DNA of 64,000 nucleotides from a bacterium (GTDB lineage: Bacteria; Planctomycetota; UBA11346), in assembly GCA_020047915.1 (NCBI GenBank), contig JAIFND010000026.1, positions 12,893 to 76,892 on the forward strand. The letters are read 5' to 3'. Position numbers and translations under genes: made by a program. Positions 27,519 to 36,832 of this stretch are shown in pieces. A model generated the notes under the pieces. It was not told the DNA's origin, made no database searches, and saw only the letters and a list, made by a program, of their open reading frames with translations. Position 1 is the stretch's first letter. Every line of letters begins with the position of its first letter.

Positions 27519-29426
27519 CTATGCCCGCTCCATCGTTTTTACAAACCGTGATGGCGCATGCGTCCGCAGGTCGCCCCACGGCATCTTCCTGACCTTCGGG
27601 TAGCTGACGAAGAGCCAACGCCTGGACCGCGTGACGGCGACGAAGGCGCTGTTGGTTTCTTCCTCAATCTCCTTGGCGGTCTTGGCCCGGTAGTCCGGGA
27701 AAACCCCTTCGCACATGCCGACGATGAAAACGATGTCTCGCTCCAGTCCTTTCATGGTGTGGACCGTGCTAAGGATCAGGCCGGATTCGTCCTGATCGGC
27801 ACCTAGCTGGCCCAGCGCCATGGCGTTGCGGAAGGCGGAGAGCGACTCCCCAAGCCCCTTCTTTTTGAACCTAACCCAGTTTGCCTTGAACTCCTTGAGC
27901 TCCAAAAGGGTCGTCTCGATCTCTTTGAGAACGGCGCTCTTCGCTTTCGCCGGATGTTCAAACAGCTTTTCGATGTCCGAGCACAGTTTCGGGACATTGG
28001 GTTGTTCGACGTCAATGGCCGCTATCCAGCGCAGGACCTTCTCCTGCGCTTCAGGGAAGATCACCTCCGAAGAGAGCGCCGCTTCGGCGAGACGGACGAG
28101 GACGGCCTCGTCGCCCCAACTTTCGGGAGGCTCCACGCCGAGATTCTCGCAGAGCTTCTTGCCGTCTGGCCAAGCGCGAGGATTGAGGCGAAGCCGGATG
28201 CTGAAATCCAGCGTCCTCATGATGACGGCAGACGGTTCGGAGGCCCGTTCCCCCTTCTTGAGGGAATACGGGATGGCCCTGGCCTTGAGTCCATCCTCAA
28301 TCGCCTGGAACACGAAGCGGTTTCGGCCGATCACCACCATCTTCTTGAGTTCGATCGGGCCCTCGATTTCCGGGTCAGAAGCCTGCTTGACGAGGCTTTG
28401 CACGGTGTCGCAGACGAACGTGGCCTCGTCCTGCTCGTCTTTGCATGCGCGAATGGAGAAACGTCCGGCCAGCGCATATGCGAGACCGACCTGGGATTTC
28501 GGCCAAATGGCGTTGGCGGCCTTGATGACCGCCTTCGAGCACCGGTAATTTTCCTTCAGCTCGAACTGCTCCGGCGCGAAGTCTTTGACGAAGTTCTCAC
28601 AGAGGAAGTCGCGCGAGGAGCCGTTGAAGCCGTAGATCATCTGGTTCGGATCGCCCACCATGAGCAGGCTGCGGACGTCCTGGCCGCAGAACGCCTTCAC
28701 GAGTTCGTATTGGGCACGGTTCAGGTCTTGAGCCTCGTCGACGCAGACGTGTTTGAATTTCGCCCGGTACACCTTGGCGCACCACGGCTGCTCCAGGAGG
28801 ATCCTGTGTGCGTAGACGAGTAGGTCGTCGTAATCCATCCCGCCACCCTGGATCAGGGCGTCCTTGTAGGCGGAATAGATCGACCAGAAGTTCTCGTCGT
28901 CGGCATGCCGCGCTCTCGCCTCGGTCTCGTTGAGGAGGTCTCGTTTTATGGCGGAAAACTTGTCCAAATACCCCTGGATCACGCGCTCCCTGTCCCTCCG
29001 TTCCTTATCGTTGTCCACGTTCAGGAAGGCGTCTACGTCGGTGCCGTTGCTCCGCAGGGACTGGAGGAAGATCGTCTTCCTATCCTGGTCCCTCTCATAG
29101 ATGTGCAGCCCTCCCGTGAGGCCGATCGAGTTCCCGTACTGCTCCACGATCCGCTGTGCCAAGGAATGGATGGTGGTTATCCACACCCTTTCGTCGATCT
29201 CCGGGACGTCGTCGAGCCTCGCCCGCATTTCATCCGCGGCCTTGTTCGTGAAGGTCACGGCGACCACGCCGTCCCTCTTGGTGTTGCCGAGGATGTGCCG
29301 TACCCGTTCCGTCAAGACGCGCGTCTTCCCGGATCCGGCGGATGCCAAGACCTGGATCGGCTGGCCGATCTTGGCCGTCACGACGCGCTGCTGCGCGGGA
29401 GAGAGATTTTTCATTATCCCACCCAT
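27519..29426 (-). CDS. gajB: Gabija GajB-like UvrD/PcrA/Rep-family SF1 helicase
   Basis: Motif I is LASAGSGKTRVLTERV. Motif II is VCVDEAQDL. About 630 aa. The start overlaps the gajA stop. Confidence 0.75.
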   Translation of the reverse strand: MGGIMKNLSPAQQRVVTAKIGQPIQVLASAGSGKTRVLTERVRHILGNTKRDGVVAVTFTNKAADEMRARLDDVPEIDERVWITTIHSLAQRIVEQYGNSIGLTGGLHIYERDQDRKTIFLQSLRSNGTDVDAFLNVDNDKERRDRERVIQGYLDKFSAIKRDLLNETEARARHADDENFWSIYSAYKDALIQGGGMDYDDLLVYAHRILLEQPWCAKVYRAKFKHVCVDEAQDLNRAQYELVKAFCGQDVRSLLMVGDPNQMIYGFNGSSRDFLCENFVKDFAPEQFELKENYRCSKAVIKAANAIWPKSQVGLAYALAGRFSIRACKDEQDEATFVCDTVQSLVKQASDPEIEGPIELKKMVVIGRNRFVFQAIEDGLKARAIPYSLKKGERASEPSAVIMRTLDFSIRLRLNPRAWPDGKKLCENLGVEPPESWGDEAVLVRLAEAALSSEVIFPEAQEKVLRWIAAIDVEQPNVPKLCSDIEKLFEHPAKAKSAVLKEIETTLLELKEFKANWVRFKKKGLGESLSAFRNAMALGQLGADQDESGLILSTVHTMKGLERDIVFIVGMCEGVFPDYRAKTAKEIEEETNSAFVAVTRSRRWLFVSYPKVRKMPWGDLRTHAPSRFVKTMERA

Positions 29427-31177
29427 TTTATCAATTGGTCGAAAGCGGCCCGGAACTTCTCGGGGACGAGATCCTTGGCCTTCTTCGCTGGCGGGCTTTC
29501 GCGTATGACGTCCGCTAGGAACCCGGAGTAGGACGTCTTTCCGCCGCGCATTTTTGCCAGGAGGTCCTCTTTAGAGAGCGCCGCGAATTCCTTTTCTTTG
29601 GCCTGCTTGAATTTTCCGCTCGGGTTGTCTGCGTCGGCCATCGTCGCCATGACCATGGCGGTCTCAATCTCCGGCCTCAACCCGTGTGCGATCAGTTCCG
29701 CCTCGAAGTCGTTGCCGGACGCTAAGAAATCGTGGTGGAACAGGGTGAAGTCGAAGGTTTTTTCTGCTTTCAGCTTGGCGACTTGGTCGTCGACCCTCTT
29801 CTTGATGTCCTGGTCGTTGTCGCTCAGGACGTAGGTCGCGATGCCGAGGCTGGCCGTGACCCGGATGAACGGCGTGTAGTCGAAGCCGTTCACGCACGCG
29901 CATACGACGCCCCGCTCATGGACCGACGCTCCCGCGTACCGCTCGAACATGGCCGGGACGACCTGGTCTTCCGTCTGCCCCTCGAAAAGGAGGACGGCGG
30001 AAGCGAACAGGATGTCCCCCTTGGGGAGGAGCACGTTGCGCCGGATGGACTTGAGGTGTTCGGATGAGAGGGCGCGGTTGAACGACCTGGCCTCCATATC
30101 CACGCTTCGTTTCCCGATATGCCTGAGATCGTGAATCTTGGCGGCGGAAGCGACGTAGGGCGAGTGCGTGCTCACGATCGCTTGTCCGTCCTTGACGGAC
30201 AACTGGGAATAGAGCGTCTTCTGGGCGCTCGGGTGCAAATGCGCTTCCGGTTCTTCCACGGCGAGGATGGAATGGAACGGCTTCGTTTCCTTCCGGTGTT
30301 TCTCCGCGAGGAGTTCGGAAAACGAGCGTACGGTGAGCAGCGAAGCCCAACTCCTCGTTCCCATGCCGTGGTATTCCATGGAGAACGAGTTGGTCGAGCC
30401 GTCGCCAAAATGGACGGAGAAAAACTTGGACAGGTCGCGCAGTTTCTTGGGCAGCGGTGTGATCTCCGCGCTTCCTGCACCGTGGAATGACTTGTTCAGG
30501 CGGTCGAGGTTGTCCTTGAGTCCCTTCAGCTCTTCGCTTTTTCCGACCGCGGCCTCGTTGACCTCCGCGATCATCTCTTCCAGCGCCGTGACGTCTGCCG
30601 TATTGTAGTCGACTGCCGAGAGTACTTTCCCGACGAAGGAGGATTTCTCGCGGAGTTCCGCGTGGATATCGCGCTGTGCGTCGGTAGCGAAGAAGGGGAT
30701 CGACTCGAACCGGGTATTGAACCGGTGCTTGGCCTTTTCCGAAACCCAATGCTTCATGTCGGGCCAATTCTCAAGGATATAGCGCGCCGTCTCGAATCCG
30801 CCCTTGACCAGGCTCGGCTTCGAGACCGTCCTGATGGCGACGAATTGGAACCCGTTGGCTTCGGCCTTGATCTTATCTCCGAACTCCGCTGCCCATTCGT
30901 CGGCGAATTCCTTTGTTCTCTCGCCGGCCGCCTCAGTCGGGATGATCCTGAAATCGACGATGATCTCCTTAGCGCGCACCTCGCCCGCGCCGATGTGGAG
31001 GTCCTCTTCCCTGAGGGCATATCCGTAATCGCCCAGCGCGAGCTGCATGGCTTTCAGGAACGAGGTCTTCCCGGAGTTGTTCTGCCCGATCAGGACCGTC
31101 AACGGGCTCAGGTTCATCTCTAGGTTGTTGATCCCTCTGAACCCGGATATCCGGACGGTGTCGATAAGGATGCTCAT
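29414..31177 (-). CDS. gajA: Gabija GajA-like OLD-family protein, an ABC-type ATPase plus a TOPRIM nuclease
   Basis: Walker A LIGQNNSGKTSFL. ILAVEEPEAHLHPSAQ is the Walker B / D-loop. In the C-terminal TOPRIM domain LLFEGQTEDQVV carries the Glu and YVLSDNDQD the DxD. 587 aa, directly upstream of the UvrD-like gene. Confidence 0.8.
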   Translation of the reverse strand: MSILIDTVRISGFRGINNLEMNLSPLTVLIGQNNSGKTSFLKAMQLALGDYGYALREEDLHIGAGEVRAKEIIVDFRIIPTEAAGERTKEFADEWAAEFGDKIKAEANGFQFVAIRTVSKPSLVKGGFETARYILENWPDMKHWVSEKAKHRFNTRFESIPFFATDAQRDIHAELREKSSFVGKVLSAVDYNTADVTALEEMIAEVNEAAVGKSEELKGLKDNLDRLNKSFHGAGSAEITPLPKKLRDLSKFFSVHFGDGSTNSFSMEYHGMGTRSWASLLTVRSFSELLAEKHRKETKPFHSILAVEEPEAHLHPSAQKTLYSQLSVKDGQAIVSTHSPYVASAAKIHDLRHIGKRSVDMEARSFNRALSSEHLKSIRRNVLLPKGDILFASAVLLFEGQTEDQVVPAMFERYAGASVHERGVVCACVNGFDYTPFIRVTASLGIATYVLSDNDQDIKKRVDDQVAKLKAEKTFDFTLFHHDFLASGNDFEAELIAHGLRPEIETAMVMATMADADNPSGKFKQAKEKEFAALSKEDLLAKMRGGKTSYSGFLADVIRESPPAKKAKDLVPEKFRAAFDQLIKWVG

Positions 31178-31187
31178 TGTTCCTCGG

Positions 31188-31688
31188 TTACGCCGGAATT
31201 TCCGCTGCCAACGCGTCCCGAAGCCTGCGGGTGAGCCGGTTCGCGGTCAGCAGGTCATCGAGCAGTCGCAAGGCCTCGGCGCGATTGATGGCGCCGCGTC
31301 GGGCAGCCGCCAACACCAAGCCGCCGATGCCTACGAACTTGAGCCCGGCCGTTTTGGCTAATTTCCGGGCGTCCCCGTCTTCCAACAGCACGGGCCAACC
31401 GCGATCCATGGCCAACGCCAAGGCCTCCAATTCGCCGCGGTGCAGTGGTCGGGCGCCCGGCATCGAGGCGACGTGCGCGACGTCGATCCCGCGGACGACC
31501 TCCGCCAGATCGGCGATGCCGTGGTCGGCTAGATAGGATTCGGGGTTCGGCAGCTTCGCGCCAGCCTCCAGGAGGACGGCCTCCGGCACCAGGACTCGGT
31601 CGGCCATCAGGCGCAGGAACGGGAATCCGCCGACAACCTTCTCTAAGGAAATGAGCGGACCCGTGTCCGAGACGACGATGCCGCCCAT
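31188..31688 (-). CDS. PIN-like protein, COG2405/DUF3368-type
   Basis: VVSDTGPLISLEKVGG...VLVPEAVLLEAGAK. It pairs with the upstream UPF0175-like gene. Confidence 0.5.
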   Translation of the reverse strand: MGGIVVSDTGPLISLEKVVGGFPFLRLMADRVLVPEAVLLEAGAKLPNPESYLADHGIADLAEVVRGIDVAHVASMPGARPLHRGELEALALAMDRGWPVLLEDGDARKLAKTAGLKFVGIGGLVLAAARRGAINRAEALRLLDDLLTANRLTRRLRDALAAEIPA

Positions 31689-31948
31689 TACCAGTCCTTA
31701 GCGGCTTCGATCTCCTCGTCCGGTTCGACCCGGTCCGCCGGCGAGAACCCGTGCGTAGCCAAGACCTCGTCGAACTCCCGGCGGCCCTTCCCCAGCAGGT
31801 CGCAGGCTTCCTTGTGGGAGACCTTGCCGTCGTGGAACAGCAGCGCGGCGACGCCTTCCTGGATGTCGTCCTGCGCGAACGCGACCCCGGCCGGGACGCG
31901 GAGCGTCACGGTGAGCGAGCGGTGCGGAGGGGTGGCGAGGACGGACAT
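31688..31948 (-). CDS. UPF0175/COG2886-like small protein, the putative antitoxin partner of the PIN gene
   Basis: An internal start MSVLATPP sits within track ORF 31688..32260. The C-terminus reads EGVAALLFHDGKVSHKEACDLLGKGRREFDEVLATHGFS. Confidence 0.4.
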   Translation of the reverse strand: MSVLATPPHRSLTVTLRVPAGVAFAQDDIQEGVAALLFHDGKVSHKEACDLLGKGRREFDEVLATHGFSPADRVEPDEEIEAAKDW

Positions 31949-32535
31949 AGCGGCTTTGGTTTCACTGGGAGTATAGCCGACAATGCCGTCCCGGCAAACC
32001 CCGTCTGGGCTCGGACCCGGTGCCAGGATTCCTGTTCGAGGCGCTCGGCAGCGTGGATGTGGGATGTCGTCGATCAGGGACAGTGCATAGTGCTGCGCGA
32101 GCGCCCCGGAGCGTAGCCCTTTACGGACGGCACCGGCCAGTCCGCAGAAGATCGGGATTCTGCCCGCGGCGGCACGGAATCCCTGATCTAGGGATCGTGG
32201 GTCAAAATGACGCATACGGCGTTCGACCAGCCATGCCTCCCGCAGGTGGAATGTCGTCAAAACGACTGTGGTCGCACTGTTATCGGACCGTAATTCATTT
32301 TCGGGCAGCTATTTGTGGCTTTCGCATTCTGATGCAGGTCGTCGGCACGCCGCACGCTGGCGGGTCACGCGCGCTCTTTTTGACAACCTGTTGGCAGAAC
32401 GCCCGCCGACTCTCTTTAGGGAGCGGCGTTCTCAAGTGCGCGGAAATTCTTGATGTCCGTTAGGAATTGCAAGAGGCCTTCCGTGTTGCCATCGCCATGG
32501 CCGTACACCCTCTTTAAGATCTACCGGAGCCCAGA

Positions 32536-33807
32536 ATGCTCTCCTTGCACAGCCCAAGCAGCCAGTCTTCTCGCCCCAATATGAGACCCCGCGCGCCCGG
32601 GCTCATGACCGAGGGCACGCGGGACTCCGTCACGTATCTCAAGGCGGGTGTAAACGATCAGGTGAACCTCCTGCTCATGGACGTCTGCGAGTCCATCCAG
32701 CTTCCTGAGCTGGCCCGAGAGACAGCGGTCAAAGCCTACGAATCGATCGCCAATTTTCTCATGGATCGGGTCCAGCCCACCCTCGGCAGGCCAGCCGAAG
32801 CGTACCCACAGGGCTCGATCCGCCAGCAGACGACGGTGAAACCCCTGCGGCGGGACGTGTTTGACCTGGATCTTGTCCTCGAACTTCCGTGGGAGCCGAA
32901 CGACCCAGTTGCGTTTCTCCGCGACACCCACGCGATTGTTGCACGGTGGCAAGCCAAAGACGGGGCGGAATTCGGGGCCAAGCCTCCCGAGATGCGCCAG
33001 CGCTGCATCGAAATTTGCTTCGATGGACAGATATTCAGTATGGATGTGGTCCCGGCGTGCTACGCCGGCGCCCTGTCAGCTCCAACGCGGATCAAGATCG
33101 TGGACGCGGGCCGGAACGGATGGAAGCCCAGCGACCCCAAGGCGCTGGCCGAGTGGTTCGAGGAACGCACGAAAGTCCGGGAAATGATTCTCAAGGAAGC
33201 TGCGGCTTTTGCCCGCAGCGGTAGCGTGGAACCAGTCGAGAAAGAGGACGCCGCCATCGACAAGCCGGCCTTGCGGTTAGCCGTCCAGCTCGCCAAGCGT
33301 GCCCGCGACATTTACCATCAGCGCGAGGGCGAGTCGGCGGACCAGGCGGTTCCCAGCATCCTCCTCACGGTGCTCGTGGCGAGGACCTATCGGGGGACCC
33401 AGAACTTGGCGGCCGCACTCCTCGACGCAGCAAGGGACCTGAGCGCGTTCGCAGCGAGCGAGCTTCCTGATCAGTTGGAGAATCCCGCCAATCGTGGCGA
33501 ATCCATCACCGATAAGTGGGAGCGGGATCCTGAATCCTGGGAGGCATTCCGCCGCTGGGCCAAGGACTTCCAAACTCGGGTTGCCGCACTCCTAACCGCG
33601 TCCGACGTACCAGCCCTTCACCGGGCGCTTACCGGGCTGTTCGGGGAAAAGGCCTCCGTCGATGCGGCCAAGCTTGCTGCCAAGCGGGTCGGGAGCGCGC
33701 TCCAGGATCGCCGTCAGTCGATCTCGCCCACCGGCGTGGTGTGGGACCCGCGGCGGGCACTGGCAGGCGGCGTGGTGGCCTCACCGACGACGTATTTCGG
33801 GGCGTGA
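32536..33807 (+). CDS. cGAS/DncV-like nucleotidyltransferase (CD-NTase), putative CBASS synthase
   Basis: A Pol-beta NTase signature: QGSIRQQTTVKPLRRDVFDLDLVL (GS...DxD), with a third acidic residue at FSMDVVP. The C-terminus ends ...YFGA. The true start is probably internal to the track ORF, around MTEGTRDSV. Confidence 0.55.
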   Translation: MLSLHSPSSQSSRPNMRPRAPGLMTEGTRDSVTYLKAGVNDQVNLLLMDVCESIQLPELARETAVKAYESIANFLMDRVQPTLGRPAEAYPQGSIRQQTTVKPLRRDVFDLDLVLELPWEPNDPVAFLRDTHAIVARWQAKDGAEFGAKPPEMRQRCIEICFDGQIFSMDVVPACYAGALSAPTRIKIVDAGRNGWKPSDPKALAEWFEERTKVREMILKEAAAFARSGSVEPVEKEDAAIDKPALRLAVQLAKRARDIYHQREGESADQAVPSILLTVLVARTYRGTQNLAAALLDAARDLSAFAASELPDQLENPANRGESITDKWERDPESWEAFRRWAKDFQTRVAALLTASDVPALHRALTGLFGEKASVDAAKLAAKRVGSALQDRRQSISPTGVVWDPRRALAGGVVASPTTYFGA

Positions 33808-34283
33808 CCGTGGATTGGCGCAACCCCTCTCTCGATGGGCCACTCCCCCTTGGAGCCCAAATTCACTACATGAAAACGGACTTTCCTAGTTTCCTGCCGA
33901 CCTGGAAGGGCCAGCGGGTGACGTGGCGAGGGTGCCTGAACCCCACCCCGCTCAGCCCCTCGTATCCCGTTCGCGTTCAATACGATTTGGGCATGAGCCC
34001 ACGCGTGTATCCAGCCTGCGTACTTGCCGGAAGGGACGGTGCCAGTCCTCCGCACGTCTATCCCAAAGGCCATCTGTGCCTCCACCAGCCCAAGTATCGG
34101 GATTGGTCCGCGTCCATGCCCGTCTCCAAGACGGTGGTCCCGTGGGCGGCGTTGTGGTTCTACTTCTACGAGTCCTGGCTCATTACCGGAGAGTGGGCAG
34201 CGAAGGAGGAACACCCGTCTCCCGGGATGGCTAAGGAAGAGTTCCTCGCCCGGCCCATCGAGAAACCAACTTCCCGTGCATGA
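33805..34283 (+). CDS. Ubiquitin E2 (UBC)-like small protein, Cap2-short-like
   Basis: PHVYPKGHLCLHQPKY resembles the E2 HPN...G.ICL active-site block with a candidate catalytic Cys. A GTG start overlaps the NTase stop in a GTGA arrangement. About 159 aa. Confidence 0.4.
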
Positions 34284-35262
34284 CGCCCGACGCCCATTCA
34301 GGATCCTTTCCATCGACGGCGGCGGCATGAAGGGGGCTTTCGCTGCGGGCTTCCTCGCCAAGGCCGAGGCGTTGGCCGGCCGGCCGATCGCTGACTGTTT
34401 CGATCTCGTGGTCGGGACGTCGACGGGCGGAATCATCGCCTTGGGCGTATCGATGGGTATTCCCGCCGGCGACATCGAGAGCTTTTATAGCGCCGACGGA
34501 CCCACGATCTTCCCGCGTCCGCTGAGCCTCTGGGATCCGCGTTCGTGGCCCATTGGCTGTCCTGTGCATTCCGGTAGGCCGTTGAATGACGCCCTGAAAA
34601 GGGTGTTCGGCAACCGTCTTCTCGGCCACGCGAAGATCATGACGCTGGTCCCCGCCCTTCGCGCCGGGTGCGGATCTCTCCACGTCTTCAAAACGCCGCA
34701 CGACCCAAAATTTTTCAACGACCAGCATATGGAGGTCGTCGCCGTCGCTCGTGCCACGTCGGCCGCGCCGCTTTACCTCCCGCCCTACAAGGCCCCGGAT
34801 GGGACTGTTTACCTAGACGGCGGGCTGGTCGCGAACAACCCTGCTGCCTTGGGCGTCGCCGAGGCAATCGGGGTACTCGGGGTGCCCCGCGAATCCATCA
34901 AGGTCTTGAGCATCGCCAGTCCGGCAGAACCATTCGAGCTCCCGAAACGGTGCCGGCACGAAGCGATGGGAGGCTTCGGGCCGCGCGGGTGGAACCTCAA
35001 GTCCGTCTCCAGCGTCTACGCCGCCGGGCAGGACGCTTTGTTGGCCGGGCTGTCGACCTTCCTTTTCCACAAAGAGTCAGTCTATCGGATCGAAAAGGTG
35101 GCTCCTAACGGCGCGTTCCAGATGGATAACCCTGCTCATGCGTCTGAACTCGCCGCACAAGGGTCAAGACAATGCGTCTTCCATTGGGAGAAGATTCGCC
35201 CGGGCTTTTTTGCGGAGAGGGTCGAGGGCAGGGCCTGGCCTCTGGCGGCTGGTGCGGCTTGA
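34278..35262 (+). CDS. Patatin-like phospholipase, a CapV-like CBASS effector
   Basis: RILSIDGGGMKG (oxyanion hole), VGTSTGGIIA (GxSxG) and YLDGGLVANNP (catalytic Asp). A GTG start overlaps the upstream stop. Confidence 0.8.
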
Positions 35263-35395
35263 TGTCCCCTGCCCTTGGCGAATGGTCCCTCTGCGAATGG
35301 GTGAAGTCGGACTCCTTCCGTGACGACGTACCGCAACGTATCGGTCGGGGCGGGGTAGCGGGATAGCGATCATGGCGGCTGGGCGCGCCTGTCGA

Positions 35396-35857
35396 TTAGC
35401 CAGCGTTCCAGTCCTCGGTCATGAGGCCCGCCAGCGGTCCGGCGCTCGCCAATTCGCGATGCAGCTTGTCCGAGCTCACGAGTGTCGCTCCGCCGAGCGC
35501 TGCCTGGACGGCGATCATCACGTCGGAGTTGATCTTTCTGGCCGCGTCCTTCTTGAGGTTACGGCTTCGGACGAGCCAGGCCTTGGCTTCGCCAAATTTC
35601 CGGGCTCCGGCCGGGTCCAGCGGCAGGACGGTGCAGTCCGCGAGCACCGCCTCGATCTGCGCCCGGATCGCCGCCTTAGCGCTTTGCTGAGCGTGGGCGT
35701 AGCCGTATTCCAGCTCGAACGGTGTGATGACGGAGACGGCCAGGGAATCCCCGTCCCCGAGCTTGGCGAGGTGGCGGAGCATGTTTTCCGGCACGGGCCG
35801 GGCCACGGCGTAGAGGTCGGACGCCGTGTCGCTGTCGAGGAGGTAGGTGGTCGGCAT
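35396..35857 (-). CDS. vapC: PIN-domain VapC-like toxin
   Basis: MPTTYLLDSDTASDLY..., with a short upstream partner gene. Confidence 0.6.
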   Translation of the reverse strand: MPTTYLLDSDTASDLYAVARPVPENMLRHLAKLGDGDSLAVSVITPFELEYGYAHAQQSAKAAIRAQIEAVLADCTVLPLDPAGARKFGEAKAWLVRSRNLKKDAARKINSDVMIAVQAALGGATLVSSDKLHRELASAGPLAGLMTEDWNAG

Positions 35858-35866
35858 CGCGGACGG

Positions 35867-36154
35867 TTAACTACCCAGCACGCCTTCCCGGACCGACTTC
35901 ATGTCGTCCCGGAACGAGTCCCAGTCCGCGTCGGGGAGCGGCGTCTGCCGCATGGGGTGTTCCCGGAGCTGTTGCGCCCGGACTGCCCACTTGGAGCCGC
36001 CAGCGGTTTGCGAAGAACTGACGGCCTCCCCGACCGCGATAGAAACGCCGAGCCGATGGACAATGGCCTCGGCGAGCTCCTGCCTATCGTGGGGCCCGAG
36101 GCTCTTGGCCCGGTCTGCGACCAGATCGACGAGATCAACGGTGATGGCGTTCAT
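35867..36154 (-). CDS. Putative antitoxin partner of VapC
   Basis: About 96 aa from MNAITVDLVDLVADRAKSL, immediately upstream of the PIN gene. Confidence 0.35.
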   Translation of the reverse strand: MNAITVDLVDLVADRAKSLGPHDRQELAEAIVHRLGVSIAVGEAVSSSQTAGGSKWAVRAQQLREHPMRQTPLPDADWDSFRDDMKSVREGVLGS

Positions 36155-36406
36155 AGGAGTTCCGGATACGGATTGAGTATACTCGTAAAAAACCGGCGGG
36201 CAATGCGTTCGGCCATGGCCCTTCACCGCTATCCTCTGCCCTCGGTGGTTTCCGGCTAGGGGCGGGTAGCGTCGGGCATGCTTTCCAGTCCAGCAGCGCA
36301 CGGCTTAGCTCATGACACGGTCCGGCCAGATAGCGCGGGTTGACATGCGGTACCTGCGCCTGGTCGAACTGATCCTCGATGCGCCGTCCCGCGGGGCGCT
36401 CATGGC

Positions 36407-36781
36407 TTGGCCGTGGCGTTCCCCATGGCCGACGAGGACCACCTGCGGGTGCGGCACCATGCCACGTTGTGGTATTGGGATCTCTGTCCGAGCGAGGGTC
36501 TCGCCGCGGCGTGGCCAACTGGGTCCGTCCACGCCGTCGAACCCGTGGGGATTGCGCGTGGCTCACAGGTAGAGGCGCTCGTCGTCCGGGTGGCGGGCAG
36601 GACGCACCAATACGGTCGAGTAGACCGCCAACTGCACATCACCTTGGCGTTCGACGCCGCCAACAACGGCAAGCCGGCCGATGCCGTCGACCTCCTGCGA
36701 TTGGAGCCGGCGCTCGTCCCCTGCCCTGCCGTGGCCCTCAGCGGCACGGTCACCGCACGTTGGGCGGAGACTGCCGACTAG
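36407..36781 (+). CDS. Possible mini 2H-phosphoesterase (LigT-like), two HxTx motifs
   Basis: HHATLWYW and QLHITLAFD. The protein is short for the family, so this is tentative. Confidence 0.25.
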   Translation: MAVAFPMADEDHLRVRHHATLWYWDLCPSEGLAAAWPTGSVHAVEPVGIARGSQVEALVVRVAGRTHQYGRVDRQLHITLAFDAANNGKPADAVDLLRLEPALVPCPAVALSGTVTARWAETAD

Positions 36782-36832
36782 CCGGTTTATGCTGGTGGTG
36801 CGCCCGCTGGCTGTTGGCGGATGGACCGCTTG

